A stretch of 64,000 bases of DNA, from contig CAVXJS010000019.1 of NCBI GenBank assembly GCA_963762145.1, forward strand, positions 288,001 to 352,000, given 5' to 3'. The position numbers and the translations under genes are program-made. Under the pieces are notes generated by a model. That model did no database searches and had not been told where the DNA came from. It was given only the letters and a program-made list of their open reading frames with translations. Below are positions 51,513-63,172 of the stretch, in pieces (the stretch's first letter is position 1; every line of letters starts with the position of its first letter). This DNA comes from an uncultured Candidatus Rokubacteria bacterium (lineage in GTDB: Bacteria; Methylomirabilota; Methylomirabilia; Rokubacteriales; CSP1-6).

Positions 51513-53107
51513 GCAAGCTCTGGAAGAGCGGCGAGCCGTTCATATGGCTCACGGGTGGGGCCCTGGCGGTCGCCCTGCTGATGGTGGCCGGCCTGGTCGG
51601 GCTGATCCTGTACAACGGCCTCGGCTTCTTCTGGCCGAGCAATGTCCTGCGCGCGAGCCTGGCCGACGGGAGCGTGATGACCGGCCAGCTTGCCGAGCGG
51701 GAGCCGGTGCCGGGGCAGGCGGGCGCCTACCGGATCAAGATGAAGGTGGGCAATCGCGACATCTACGGCGCCGACTTCCGGTGGGTGGACGAGAGCCAGA
51801 TCGGCAAGCGCGAGTATCCCGCGGACGTCGCGTTGATCGAGCGGACCGAATGGGGCGCGCTGATCGGGACGATCAAGCAGCTGCGCGACGGCGACCGCGT
51901 CCTCGCGACCGGCCCCCAGGCATGGGGCGAGCTCGAGCGGCGCCTTCCCGAGGTGACGCGGGTCCGGCGCGAGATCCGGCGGATCGAGACGCGCGAGATC
52001 GGCGGGATCAACTACCAGCAGGAGCAGGTCCGCCTCGGGCTGAAGGGGCTCGAGCTGAAGGGCATCACGTCCGGACCAGAAGTCGAGGCCCTGAAGGCCA
52101 AGCTCGCCCCGCTCCAGGAGCAGTACAAGGTGCAGGAAACGCGCCTGGCCGAGCTCCGGAAGAGCCAGACCGCGACCATCCTGGTCGAGGCCGACGGGGG
52201 GAAGGACAAGGAGTGGCCGCTGGCGCAGATCGTGGACGTCCGGTTTCCCAACACCATGGGCGTCGCCGCGAAGACGGTCTACTACGCGGGACGGATCTGG
52301 GAGTTCGTGTCGGACGAGCCCCGGGAGTCGAACACGGAGGGCGGCGTGTTTCCGGCCATCTTCGGCACCGTCATGATGGTCGTGATCATGAGCATCCTGG
52401 TCACTCCGCTGGGCGTGCTCGCCGCCTTCTACCTGCGGGAGTACGCCCGGCAAGGCCTGTTCGTGAGCGCGGTGCGTATCGCGGTCAACAACCTGGCCGG
52501 CGTGCCGTCCATCGTGTTCGGAGTGTTCGGGGTGGGGTTCTTCATCTATTTCGTCGGCGGCTCCATCGACCAGCTTTTCTATGCGGAGGCGCTCCCGACC
52601 CCGACCTATGGCACGGGCGGCATTCTCTGGGCGTCCTTGACACTGGCGCTCCTCACGGTGCCGGTGGTCATCGTGGCGACGGAGGAAGGGCTGGCCGCGA
52701 TCCCGCGCGGGACGCGGGAGGCCTCACTGGCGCTCTCGGCCACGAAGCTCGAGACGACCCTGCGGGTGGTCTTGCCCGCGGTGATGCCGTCCATCCTGAC
52801 CGGGCTCATCCTGGCCATGGCCCGCGCCGCGGGTGAGGTTGCCCCGCTCATGATCACTGGCGTGGTGAAGCTGGCCCCTTCGCTGCCCTTGGACGGATAC
52901 TGGCCCTTCCTACATCTCGACCGGAAGTTCATGCATCTCGGGTTCCACATCTACGATGTCGGGTTTCAGTCCCCCAACGTGGACGCGGCGCGCCCGATGG
53001 TGTTCGCGACCACGCTGCTCCTGCTCCTGATCGTCGTGCTGCTGAACATCTTCGCCATCGGCATGCGCAACCGGCTCCGTCGCCGGTATGCGACGTCGGC
53101 CGTCTAG
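51509..53107 (+). CDS. pstA: Phosphate ABC permease (long form)
   Basis: [38 protein letters not shown]. Confidence 0.93.
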   Translation: MSKLWKSGEPFIWLTGGALAVALLMVAGLVGLILYNGLGFFWPSNVLRASLADGSVMTGQLAEREPVPGQAGAYRIKMKVGNRDIYGADFRWVDESQIGKREYPADVALIERTEWGALIGTIKQLRDGDRVLATGPQAWGELERRLPEVTRVRREIRRIETREIGGINYQQEQVRLGLKGLELKGITSGPEVEALKAKLAPLQEQYKVQETRLAELRKSQTATILVEADGGKDKEWPLAQIVDVRFPNTMGVAAKTVYYAGRIWEFVSDEPRESNTEGGVFPAIFGTVMMVVIMSILVTPLGVLAAFYLREYARQGLFVSAVRIAVNNLAGVPSIVFGVFGVGFFIYFVGGSIDQLFYAEALPTPTYGTGGILWASLTLALLTVPVVIVATEEGLAAIPRGTREASLALSATKLETTLRVVLPAVMPSILTGLILAMARAAGEVAPLMITGVVKLAPSLPLDGYWPFLHLDRKFMHLGFHIYDVGFQSPNVDAARPMVFATTLLLLLIVVLLNIFAIGMRNRLRRRYATSAV

Positions 53108-53129
53108 CCACCTGGCACGGAGGGAGAAC

Positions 53130-53954
<825 letters not shown>

Positions 53955-53969
53955 GCGAGGGAGGACGCG

Positions 53970-54627
53970 ATGCAACGGCACTTCCACGAGGAGCTGGAGG
54001 GCCTCAAGCAGACCCTGCTGGCGATGGGGGGACTGGTCGAGGACCAGATCCGCCGGGCCATGCGCGCGCTGCTCGAGCGCGACGACGTCATCGCCCAGGA
54101 CGTCATCGAGCGGGACCGCCAGGTCAACGCCTACGACGTCGAGGTGGACGAGCAGTGCGTGAATCTGCTCGCGCTGCACCAGCCGGCCGCGGGCGACCTG
54201 CGCTTCATCACCACCGCGATGAAGATCGTGACCGATCTGGAGCGCATCGGCGACCAGGCGGTCAACATCGCCCAGCGCGCGCTGGAGCTGAATCGGGAGC
54301 CCCAGCTCAAGCCCTACATCGATCTGCCGCGGATGGCGGACAGGGCGCAGCGCATGGTCAAGGAGAGCCTGGATGCCTTCGTGGCGCGGCGACACCGCCC
54401 TGGCCCGTCGGGTGTGCGCGGAGGACGCGGAGGTGGACGCCCTCAAGGAGCAGATCTTCCGGGAGCTCCTGACCTTCATGATGGAAGACCCCCGGACCGT
54501 CTCCCGCGCGATCCGGGTGATCCTGATCTCCCGGTTCATGGAGCGGGTGGCGGATCACGCCACCAACATCGCGGAGATGGTCATCTACCTGGTCGAGGGC
54601 AAGATGGTCCGGCACACGCTGGCCTGA
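53970..54627 (+). CDS. phoU: Phosphate signalling protein (one frameshift)
   Basis: QPAAGDLR, DLERIGD, ERVADHATNIAE. Confidence 0.93.
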
Positions 54628-54652
54628 ATGGGGCGCCGTGTATACTGCTGAT

Positions 54653-55684
54653 GTGAGTCCGGATCGGCATTACCACCTCCAGTCCGAGGACGCCAACCGG
54701 CGAATCGACGCGCTGCTCGAGCAGCTCCGGGTGCCGGAGTCCACCTGGCCGCTCTACGCCGATCTCCTCACCACCGCGCTCAAGATGTACGAGGACGGCG
54801 CGGGCGTGGCGGACCTCCGGATCGCCAACGCGGCGTTCAAGGAGATCCGCTACGGGTTCAAGGTCTTCGCGCCGTGGCGCACCGTGCCGAAGATCACCGT
54901 GTTCGGCTCCGCCCGGACCCCGCGGGCCCACCCGATCTCCGAGCAGGCCTACGCCTTCAGCAAGCGGATCAGCGGCGCGGGCTGGATGGTCATCACCGGC
55001 GCGGGGGGCGGCGTCATGAGCTCGGCCCAGGAAGGCGCGGGCGCCGAGCGCTCGTTCGGGCTCAATATCCGGCTGCCGTTCGAGCAGGAAGCCAATCCCT
55101 GGATCGCGGACGACCCGAAGCTCGTCTCCTTCAAGTACTTCTTCACCCGCAAGCTCTTCCTGGTGCGCGAGGCCCACGCCATGGCGTTCCTGCCCGGCGG
55201 GTTCGGGACCGCCGACGAGGCGTTCGAGGCGCTGACCCTGATCCAGACCGGGAAGTCGCCGGTGCTGCCGCTCGTCATGCTGGACGAGCCGGGCGGGACC
55301 TACTGGAAGACCTTCGACGAGTTCATCCGGCGGGAGATGGTCGGGCGGGGCACGGTGTCGCCGAACGACCCCGAGCTCTACCGCGTCACCGACGACGTGG
55401 AGCAGGCCGCCGCGGAGGTCGAGGGGTTCTACAAGCTGTACCACTCGCAGCGCTACGTGCGCGACGCGCTCGTGCTCCGCATCCGACGCCCGATCGCTCC
55501 CGCCGCGCTCACCGAGCTCAACGCCCGCTTCGCGGACATCCTGAACGCGCCCGCCGCGCAGGCGATGGGACCGATTCCGGGGGAAGGCGACGAGCTGCCC
55601 GACCTGCCGAGGCTGGTGCTCCCCTTCAACCGCGCCGGCTTCTCCCGCCTTCGCAGCCTGCTGGACTTCGTGAACGCCAGCTAG
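54653..55684 (+). CDS. LOG/TIGR00730-family nucleotide monophosphate nucleosidase (long form)
   Basis: TVFGSAR, ITGAGGGVM, KYFFTRK, PGGFGTADE. Confidence 0.88.
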   Translation: MSPDRHYHLQSEDANRRIDALLEQLRVPESTWPLYADLLTTALKMYEDGAGVADLRIANAAFKEIRYGFKVFAPWRTVPKITVFGSARTPRAHPISEQAYAFSKRISGAGWMVITGAGGGVMSSAQEGAGAERSFGLNIRLPFEQEANPWIADDPKLVSFKYFFTRKLFLVREAHAMAFLPGGFGTADEAFEALTLIQTGKSPVLPLVMLDEPGGTYWKTFDEFIRREMVGRGTVSPNDPELYRVTDDVEQAAAEVEGFYKLYHSQRYVRDALVLRIRRPIAPAALTELNARFADILNAPAAQAMGPIPGEGDELPDLPRLVLPFNRAGFSRLRSLLDFVNAS

Positions 55685-55690
55685 CGCTCT

Positions 55691-55740
55691 CCCTCTCCCC
55701 GCTGGGGAGAGGGCAGGGTGAGGGGCTGCAGGGTGAGGGG
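55691..55740. repeat. CIR/REP-like palindrome between convergent genes
   Basis: CCCTCTCCCC-GCT-GGGGAGAGGG followed by two copies of CAGGGTGAGGGG. Confidence 0.7.
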
Positions 55741-55741
55741 G

Positions 55742-55930
55742 CTACTCCGCCTCGTCCCGCTCCTCGGTCGTCTGGCACGCGGTGCAGACCCACGTGCGGA
55801 GGAGGGTGACGCGCTGGGGATCACGCCGCAGCGTCCACGGCATGAGCTTCTTCGCGCCGCAGCGCGGGCATTTCTCGGTCGGCTGACCCGGCTGCACCTC
55901 GTGCGGGAGCCACGGGATCTTGGGCTTCAT
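55742..55930 (-). CDS. Small CxxC..CxxC zinc-ribbon protein
   Basis: CPRC and CTAC pairs; TATAAT 7 nt upstream of the ATG. Confidence 0.7.
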   Translation of the reverse strand: MKPKIPWLPHEVQPGQPTEKCPRCGAKKLMPWTLRRDPQRVTLLRTWVCTACQTTEERDEAE

Positions 55931-55958
55931 GCGCGGGATTATACGCTAAGCTCGGCCG

Positions 55959-56843
55959 GTGCCGACCGCCTACGTGGTCCTCCTCGTCTCCAACCTGATC
56001 TTCGCCACGGGCTACTCGGTCTCGCGCATCGTCCTGGAGGACATCGGACCGGCCACCCTGGCGATGGCGCGCCTGACGATCGGCTCGCTGATCCTGGTGC
56101 CCTGGGCCTGGCGGGGCATGGTCGCGGCCAAGCTCTCGCGCGAGGATCACTGGCGCCTGGCGCTCACCGGGGTGGTGGGCTTCACGGTGGCGTTCGCGCT
56201 CGGCAACTGGGGCCTGGCCCACTCGACGGCCAGCAACGCGGCGCTGCTGATCACGGTGGAGCCGGCCGCCCTGATCCTCCTCTCGCCGCTCGTGCTCGGC
56301 GAGCGCCTGTCGCGGCGCGAAGGCCTGGGCGCCGCGCTGGCCATCCTGGGCGCGGCGGTCATCGTGGTGAACGGCATCCCCGGCGTCACGCAGTCCCTGG
56401 CCCCCCACTGGCGCGGGGACATCGTCCTGATCCTCTCCGGCGGGGCCTACGCGGCATACTCGCTGATCGCCCGGCCCGTGCTCCTCCGCCACCCCGCGCT
56501 CGTGGTGACCGCCTACTCGGTCGTCTGGGGCGCGGCCGCGATGGTGCCGGTCGCCGTGCTGGAGTGGGCCACCGCGCCCCCGTCCACGTGGACGCCGCGG
56601 GCGGCCATCGGCGCCGTCTACCTGGGCGTGGTGATGACCGCGCTCGGCTACGCGGTCTGGAACTGGTGCCTGGAGCGCGTGGAGACGCCGCGCGTGGCCA
56701 TCTTCCTCAACATCCAGCCGCTGGGCGGCGCGCTGCTCGGGGTGTTGTGGCTCGGCGAGCAGATCACCGCGTTCACGGTGGCCGGCGGGCTCCTGATCCT
56801 GGCCGGGCTGCACCTGACGGTGAAAGCCCGCCGGAGAGGGTAG
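55959..56843 (+). CDS. EamA/DMT family transporter
   Basis: About 10 TM helices in two repeats, LGER and LGEQ motifs. Confidence 0.9.
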   Translation: MPTAYVVLLVSNLIFATGYSVSRIVLEDIGPATLAMARLTIGSLILVPWAWRGMVAAKLSREDHWRLALTGVVGFTVAFALGNWGLAHSTASNAALLITVEPAALILLSPLVLGERLSRREGLGAALAILGAAVIVVNGIPGVTQSLAPHWRGDIVLILSGGAYAAYSLIARPVLLRHPALVVTAYSVVWGAAAMVPVAVLEWATAPPSTWTPRAAIGAVYLGVVMTALGYAVWNWCLERVETPRVAIFLNIQPLGGALLGVLWLGEQITAFTVAGGLLILAGLHLTVKARRRG

Positions 56844-56852
56844 AATACCGGC

Positions 56853-58577
56853 ATGCGGCGGGTGCGGGTGGGGCTGGCCCAGGTGAATCCGACGGTGGGC
56901 GCCATCGAGGCCAATGCGCGGCTGGTGATGGCGGGCATGGACCGGGCGCGCGCGCTGGGCTGCGACATCATCGCGTTCCCGGAGCTGGTGCTGACCGGGT
57001 ATCCGCCGGAGGACCTGCTGTTCAAGCCCGCCTTCATCGAGGCCAATCTCCGGGCGCTGGCCGACGTGGCGCGCGCGAGTCGCGGCATCACCGCGGTGGT
57101 CGGCTTCGTGGACAAGCGGGACGACATCTTCAACGCGGCCGCCATCCTCCACGACGGCGCGCAGGCCGGGACCTATCACAAGCAGTACCTGCCCAACTAC
57201 GGCGTCTTCGACGAGAACCGGTACTTCCAGTCGGGAACCGAGGCGCCGGTCTTCACGCTGGGCGAGACGGTCATCGCGGCGAACATCTGCGAGGACATCT
57301 GGTACCCGACCGGCCCGACCACGCTGCAGGCCCTGGGCGGCGCCGAGCTGGTGCTGAGCATCAACGCGTCGCCGTACCACGCGGGCAAGGGGCGCTTCCG
57401 CGAGAAGATGCTGGCCACCCGCGCCGCCGACGATCTCGTGTGCCTGGCCTTCGTCAACACGGTGGGCGGCCAGGACGAGCTGATCTTCGACGGCCAGTCG
57501 TTCATCTTCAACGAGAAGGGCGAGTGCGTGGCGCGGGGGAAGGCCTTCGAGGAAGACTTCATCGTCGCCGACCTCGATCTCGACGAGGTCTTCCGGGCCC
57601 GGCTCCACGACTCGCGGCGGCGCAAGGAGAAGCTGCGCGCCACCGCGGCCCAGTCGCGCCGCGTGGTGCTGCCCCCACGGCCCGCGCCGGAGCGTCCGAA
57701 GCTGCCGGTCCACGAGGTGCCGGTGCTGGAGCCGGTCGAGGAAATCTACCGCGCGCTCGTCCTCGGCACCCGCGACTACGTGACCAAGAACGGGTTCAGC
57801 CACGTGGCGCTCGGGCTCTCGGGCGGCATCGACTCCGCACTGGTGGCGGCCATCGCCTGCGACGCGCTCGGCGCCGCCAATGTCACCGGCGTGACCATGC
57901 CGTCGCAGTATTCGTCCGCGGGCACGCGGGGCGACGCGGCGCGGCTGGCCCGCAACCTCGGCATCGAGTTCCTGCGCCTGCCGATCACGCGGGTGCTGGC
58001 CACCTACAAGCGCGCCCTCGCCAAGCCCTTCAAGGGGCTCAAGGAGGACGTGACCGAGGAGAACCTGCAGGCGCGCATCCGCGGCAACTACCTCATGGCG
58101 CTCTCCAACAAGTTCGGGTGGCTGATCCTGACCACCGGCAACAAGAGCGAGATCGGGGTGGGCTACTCGACCCTCTACGGCGACATGGCGGGCGGCTTCG
58201 CGGTGATCAAGGACGTGCCGAAGACTCTGGTCTACCAGGTGGCCGAGCACGTCAACCAGAAGGCGGGGCGCGACGTCATCCCGCGGTCGATCTTCGACCG
58301 GGCCCCGTCCGCCGAGCTGCGACCCGACCAGACCGACCAGGACACGCTGCCGCCCTACGCGATGCTGGACGCGATCCTGGAGGCGTACGTGGAGGGCGAT
58401 CAGGGGGTGGCGGACATCGTGGCCCGCGGCTTCGACGCGACCACCGTCAAGCGCGTGATCGCCATGGTGGATCGCAACGAGTACAAGCGGCGCCAGGGCC
58501 CCATCGGGATCAAGATCACGCCGCGGGCCTTCGGCAAGGACTGGCGTCTACCCATCGTCAACCGCTTCCGCGAGTAG
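56853..58577 (+). CDS. nadE: Glutamine-dependent NAD+ synthetase
   Basis: Nitrilase domain (FPEL, LPNYGVFDE, NICEDIW) plus GLSGGIDS, ENLQARIR, TGNKSE, PSAELR. Confidence 0.96.
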   Translation: MRRVRVGLAQVNPTVGAIEANARLVMAGMDRARALGCDIIAFPELVLTGYPPEDLLFKPAFIEANLRALADVARASRGITAVVGFVDKRDDIFNAAAILHDGAQAGTYHKQYLPNYGVFDENRYFQSGTEAPVFTLGETVIAANICEDIWYPTGPTTLQALGGAELVLSINASPYHAGKGRFREKMLATRAADDLVCLAFVNTVGGQDELIFDGQSFIFNEKGECVARGKAFEEDFIVADLDLDEVFRARLHDSRRRKEKLRATAAQSRRVVLPPRPAPERPKLPVHEVPVLEPVEEIYRALVLGTRDYVTKNGFSHVALGLSGGIDSALVAAIACDALGAANVTGVTMPSQYSSAGTRGDAARLARNLGIEFLRLPITRVLATYKRALAKPFKGLKEDVTEENLQARIRGNYLMALSNKFGWLILTTGNKSEIGVGYSTLYGDMAGGFAVIKDVPKTLVYQVAEHVNQKAGRDVIPRSIFDRAPSAELRPDQTDQDTLPPYAMLDAILEAYVEGDQGVADIVARGFDATTVKRVIAMVDRNEYKRRQGPIGIKITPRAFGKDWRLPIVNRFRE

Positions 58578-58579
58578 CC

Positions 58580-58710
58580 CCTGCTGCGATCGCTGGCCCA
58601 TTCGCTATGGCCTGATCCCGACCTGCCAGGCGGCGCACTTCGGGCGCGTCTACGCGGCCTACGGGGTGTCTGTGGGTCTTGCTGCTGTGGGGCTGGGCCG
58701 CGGATGCGTC
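58580..58710 (+). pseudogene. Degraded YnfA/UPF0060 (SMR-like) gene remnant
   Basis: YGLIPTCQAAHFGRVYAAYG from 58606, then after a frameshift VLLLWGWAAD; no start codon or N-terminus. Confidence 0.7.
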
Positions 58711-58992
58711 GCGCGTACGGCACCGAGGACCGCTTAGCACAGTACCCGTACGAGTCGCCCGCCCGTAAGTCTGGCGCTAAGCCTCACGTCCTTTTTACAC
58801 GGTGGGCGCGGCGGTTCTACCGGAACTGGCTTGGCCCGTATCGCGCCGTGACATAAATAGACACGATTTCAGCCACTTGCGTCATCAGTATCCTCCGGCG
58901 CAGTAATTGCAAGTGGCCCGTCAACCCTGCCGCATCAGGGTCCGGCGTAAGGTGAATCGCTAGGTGAACGCAACGGGCATTCCCGAGGCGAA

Positions 58993-59823
58993 ATGATCTC
59001 CATCCGGACACCGATACGGTTGCAGATACCCAGCGCTTGTCTCGCGGCGGGAGCCGTCCTCTCGCGCATAGGGCGCTTGGCCTTCGCGCCATTGCCTCGG
59101 AAGAAGGCCGCGGCTGTGCGGGTGCGAAACAGGATCGCGCTGGCGCGCGCCCGGCTGGCGACGCCATCCCTATACGACTGCCAGGAGCCTTTGGTGTCGG
59201 TGTTGATCCCGACGTTCAACCGATCCAAACTGCTGGCCGAGCGATCCATCCCCTCGGCCCTACGGCAGACGTACCGCCGCATTGAGGTCGTCGTCGTGGG
59301 CGACGCATGCACGGACGATACTCCGGCCGTCGTGTCGCGGATCGGCGACCCGCGCATCCGGTTCGTCAACCTCCCTCACAAGGAGGTTCTGCCGGATGAT
59401 CCCGTGCACGCCTGGATGGTCGCTGGGACTCAACCGGCGAACTTCGCGCTCGGCCTCGCGCGAGGGCGCTGGGTGGCCTGGCTCGATGACGACGACGAGT
59501 TCTCCGATGACCACGTCGAGACGCTCCTGGGAGCGTGTCTCTCGCGACGACTCGAGTTCGCGTACGGCATCATGGACTTCGAGGTCGGCTCCGGCCGCTG
59601 GCAGGAAGTGGGTGAGTTTCCTCCCCGTTGCGGCGGGATCAGCAACGCCTCGGTACTCTATTCGTCGTATCTGTCGTTTCTCCGCTACGACCCGGAGGCG
59701 TGGCGAATGGAGGAGCCCGGGGACTGGAATCTCTGGAGGCGAATGTGGGAGGCCCGGGTTCGGATGGGCTTCGTGGCGCGCGTAGTCGGCCGCCATTTCA
59801 ACACCTCGAACCGGAGCAGCTAG
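58993..59823 (+). CDS. GT2-family glycosyltransferase
   Basis: VSVLIPTFNR, VVGDACTDDT, AWLDDDD, GDWNLW. Confidence 0.88.
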   Translation: MISIRTPIRLQIPSACLAAGAVLSRIGRLAFAPLPRKKAAAVRVRNRIALARARLATPSLYDCQEPLVSVLIPTFNRSKLLAERSIPSALRQTYRRIEVVVVGDACTDDTPAVVSRIGDPRIRFVNLPHKEVLPDDPVHAWMVAGTQPANFALGLARGRWVAWLDDDDEFSDDHVETLLGACLSRRLEFAYGIMDFEVGSGRWQEVGEFPPRCGGISNASVLYSSYLSFLRYDPEAWRMEEPGDWNLWRRMWEARVRMGFVARVVGRHFNTSNRSS

Positions 59824-59835
59824 GGGCCCGCTGGT

Positions 59836-60793
59836 GTGAGCGGCTACGCCCACGAGACGTACGCGACCTCCTTCGCTGATCTCGGCATGCCTCGTCGCCT
59901 TCCGGAATGCGGCGGCTGGCTCATCGTGCGCGCGATCCCGGGAGAGGACACGGAGGTCTCCAGGGCTGCTGGATGCGATGGGCTGCTATCCCATGTTCTC
60001 GTGCTTGGATTGGACCGGCCTCACGTGCGACCTCGCCGCGGTTGGCCGCGACCTCATTAGCATCGCCATGGTGACGGACCCATTTGGCAATTACACCGAG
60101 CCGCAACTCCGCGACTGCTTCCCGGATCTCTTCCGGCCATTCAAGGACCATTTCGTCGTTGACCTGCGGCAGCCGCGATGTCGTCCAATGTCCGATCACC
60201 ATCGGCGAAACGTCGTGAAGGCACATCGCCACGTACAAGTAGAACGCTGCCAAGAGCCGGAGAGAGTTGCGGGTGTATGGGCCGAGCTCTACGAGGGGCT
60301 CATCGCTCGACACCACGTCCGCGGTTTGGCTGCGTTCTCACCCGCGGCACTGACGCGACAACTCCAGGTGCCGGGCGCCGTCGTGTTTCGCGCCGACGAC
60401 AGCGGTGCCACGATTGGGATTACCGTCTGGTATACGAACGCTCGGGCAGGATACTACCATCTCGGAGCGTATAGCGATGCCGGCTACAGGGCCGGAGCTT
60501 CCTTCGCCCTCTTTGACGAGGCACTGAAGTACTTCGCCGAGATCGGTCTCGATTGGCTCGATCTCGGCGCGGCTCCGGCCTCGACAGCGATGGTCGGCGA
60601 CGGGCTAAGTCGCTTCAAGCGCGGGTGGGCGACCGGCACGCGCCCGGTCTATCTGTGCGGACGGATCCTCGACCGCCCGACCTATGCCGCCCTGGCCGAA
60701 TCGAGAGGCGTCAGCGGGACGACCTATTTCCCGGCGTACCGAGACGGTGAGTACCGGTCGCTCGGTCTCCCCAGAGAGCGCTTGTCGCGATGA
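59836..60793 (+). CDS. GNAT/FemAB-like acyltransferase (one frameshift near 59960)
   Basis: DAMGCYP, HHRRN, YYHLGAYS, LDLGA..GDGLSRFKRGW. Confidence 0.75.
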
Positions 60794-61443
60794 GCGACAA
60801 GCCCTATACCGGGATCGTACGATTTGCCGAGGCCTGCTTCGATCACCACGGGGACAACTTTCGCGGCGTCGGTTGGACCAAGACCCAGGAGCAGACCGAC
60901 CGGCGCTATCGGGTCATGCTCGGCCTAATCAGGCCTGCCGGAGGACGTCCGGTCACCCTCCTCGACTTTGGTTGTGGCGCGTCGCACCTCTACGAGTACA
61001 TCCGCCGGCAGGGCCGCGACGACATCCACTACAGCGGGTTGGACGTCTCGGCTCGGTTCCTCGAGCTCTCACGACAGAAGTTCCCTGAGATCACCTACTA
61101 CGACGTCGACGTGCTCGACGACTACCGCGGGCTGCCCGACTTCGACTACATCGTCATGAACGGCGTCCTCTCGCTCAAGGCGGCGCTCACCCAGAACCAG
61201 ATGACCACGTATCTCGAAGCTCTGGTCGCGCGCGTGTGGGAGCGGGCGCGTCATGGAATCGCGTTCAACGTGATGTCCAAGTACGTCGACTGGGAGCGAG
61301 ACGACCTCTTTCACGTTCCAATGGAGATGTTGGGCCGCTTTCTGACCGCCCGTATCAGCCGCCACTTCGTGGTACGGCACGACTACGGGCTCTACGAGTA
61401 CACGGCCTACGTCTATCGTCATCCCGTGGACGTGTCGGAATGA
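60790..61443 (+). CDS. Class I SAM-dependent methyltransferase
   Basis: LLDFGCG, YSGLDVS, FDYIVMNG, RHDYGLYEY. Confidence 0.88.
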   Translation: MSDKPYTGIVRFAEACFDHHGDNFRGVGWTKTQEQTDRRYRVMLGLIRPAGGRPVTLLDFGCGASHLYEYIRRQGRDDIHYSGLDVSARFLELSRQKFPEITYYDVDVLDDYRGLPDFDYIVMNGVLSLKAALTQNQMTTYLEALVARVWERARHGIAFNVMSKYVDWERDDLFHVPMEMLGRFLTARISRHFVVRHDYGLYEYTAYVYRHPVDVSE

Positions 61444-62654
61444 AGGTAGCTCTCGGAGATCTTGCGGTGCTCGGGGGCACCCCCGCGTTCAAGGAACCCC
61501 GCCATGTGGGGCGGCCGAACGTGCTCCGCCGAGAAGCCTTCATCGCGCGAATCGAGGGAATGTTTGAACGCGGGTGGCTAACCAACGACGGCCCGTATGT
61601 GCAGGAACTGGAGCGAGCCCTCGAACGACTCCTAGGAGTTGAGCACTGTTTGGTGGTGAGCAATGCCACGATCGGATTGGCGATCGCCGCGCGCGCCATC
61701 GGGCTGACCGGGGAAGTGATCGTGCCCGCCTTCACGTTCGCCGCCACGCCGCACGTACTGGAATGGCAGGGGATTACGCCGGTGTTTGCCGACGCCGATC
61801 CGACGACCCACAATCTCGATCCTGCGAGCGTGAAGCAGCTCATCACGAGCCGCACCACCGGGGTGCTGGGCGTACACGTGTGGGGGCGGCCGTGCGCGGT
61901 CGACGAGCTGACCGACCTCACCGACCGGTACGGGCTCGCTCTCTTGTTCGACGCCGGGCATGCGTTCGCGGCGTCGCACCGTGGTCGTATGCTGGGCAAT
62001 TTCGGTCGTGCCGAGGTCTTCAGCTTTCATGCGACCAAGTTTGTACATTCCTTCGAGGGCGGCGCTATCGCCACCAACGATACCGCGCTCGCCGCCCGGA
62101 TCGCACGGATGCGGAATTTTGGATTCGACGGAGAGGGTGAAGTCACTGACGTGGGTATTAATGGCAAGATGAACGAGGCGGCGGCGGCGATGGGATTGAC
62201 GTCGCTGGAGAGCCTGGAGCAGATCGTCGCGGTGAATCGCCACAACTACGAGATGTACCGGGCGCGGCTCAGTCGAGTTCCTGGCCTGCGCGTTGCTCAG
62301 TACAGTTCCTGCGAGCGGGCGAACTACCAGTACGTCGTGGCGGAAGTTGATGCGGGAGAGGTGGGCATCAGCCGGGACGTGCTCCTCAGGGCCTTGGTGG
62401 CTGAGGGCGTGCTCGCTCGGCGATACTTCTATCCGGGCTGCCACCGCATGGAGCCGTATCGCTCGATGGCGCGCTACCGCGGTGTCCGCCTTCCCGTGAC
62501 GGAGCGGCTGGCGGAGCGAGTGCTCTGCCTGCCCACCGGAATCGCGATGTCAGCGGGCGACATCGATGAGGTCTGCGACATCATCGAGATGTGCCTGGCT
62601 CACGGCCCGGAGCTTTCGATCCGCATTCGCGATCTGCCGCACCCGACGAAGTAG
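61440..62654 (+). CDS. DegT/DnrJ/StrS sugar aminotransferase (VioA/DesI-like)
   Basis: GWLTNDGP, VPAFTFAAT, FSFHATK, GINGKMNE, ARRYFYP. Confidence 0.9.
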   Translation: MKVALGDLAVLGGTPAFKEPRHVGRPNVLRREAFIARIEGMFERGWLTNDGPYVQELERALERLLGVEHCLVVSNATIGLAIAARAIGLTGEVIVPAFTFAATPHVLEWQGITPVFADADPTTHNLDPASVKQLITSRTTGVLGVHVWGRPCAVDELTDLTDRYGLALLFDAGHAFAASHRGRMLGNFGRAEVFSFHATKFVHSFEGGAIATNDTALAARIARMRNFGFDGEGEVTDVGINGKMNEAAAAMGLTSLESLEQIVAVNRHNYEMYRARLSRVPGLRVAQYSSCERANYQYVVAEVDAGEVGISRDVLLRALVAEGVLARRYFYPGCHRMEPYRSMARYRGVRLPVTERLAERVLCLPTGIAMSAGDIDEVCDIIEMCLAHGPELSIRIRDLPHPTK

Positions 62655-62670
62655 CGACTGGCCGTCTGAC

Positions 62671-63168
62671 ATGGTGGGAGGCGAGCGAATCGATCCGACG
62701 GATCACCTCCGCCGCCCGTGGCGCGTCCACGCACTGGCCGCCGCCGAGCGGCTCGAAGTCCACGACGTCTGGGAAATCGCGATTCAGCTGCCCGCCGGCG
62801 TGCCGTTGGCCCGGTGGGTGGAGAGCCTGAGCCAGGAGCCTCGGCCGCTTGCGGCCCGGGCGCTGTTCGCGCTGCGGATTGCCATGGGGCGACTCCTCGG
62901 CCTTGATCGGGGCAGTGCCGGCTTCGTATCGGTCTATCAGGAGTCCGACGAGCAGCTCTCACGCATTACCAACCGGACCGTGACCGCGTTCCTGCACTTC
63001 TCGCTGGCGGATCGGCGCCCTCGGCTGACCGTGTACGTGCGTCCGCACGGGCCGCTCGGGCGCGGCTACCTGCACCTCATCGAGCCCTTCCGGCGCTGGA
63101 TTGTGTATCCCGCGCTTCTCGCGGCGGGAGCCCGGGCAGCGGCGCGGCTGGGTGGGGTGCGGCGGTAG
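62671..63168 (+). CDS. Hypothetical protein (DUF2867-like)
   Basis: LFALRIAMGRLLGLD, NRTVTAFLH, YLHLIEPFRRWIVYP. Confidence 0.6.
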   Translation: MVGGERIDPTDHLRRPWRVHALAAAERLEVHDVWEIAIQLPAGVPLARWVESLSQEPRPLAARALFALRIAMGRLLGLDRGSAGFVSVYQESDEQLSRITNRTVTAFLHFSLADRRPRLTVYVRPHGPLGRGYLHLIEPFRRWIVYPALLAAGARAAARLGGVRR

Positions 63169-63172
63169 CGGC

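Noticed and set aside
49221-53107. Extra-long PstC/PstA as novel
   Set aside because: Long forms with periplasmic insertions are already known, for example in Pseudomonas-type pst operons.
53113-53128. TGGCACG before pstB as a sigma54 promoter
   Set aside because: No GC at the -12 position; the segment runs into the RBS.
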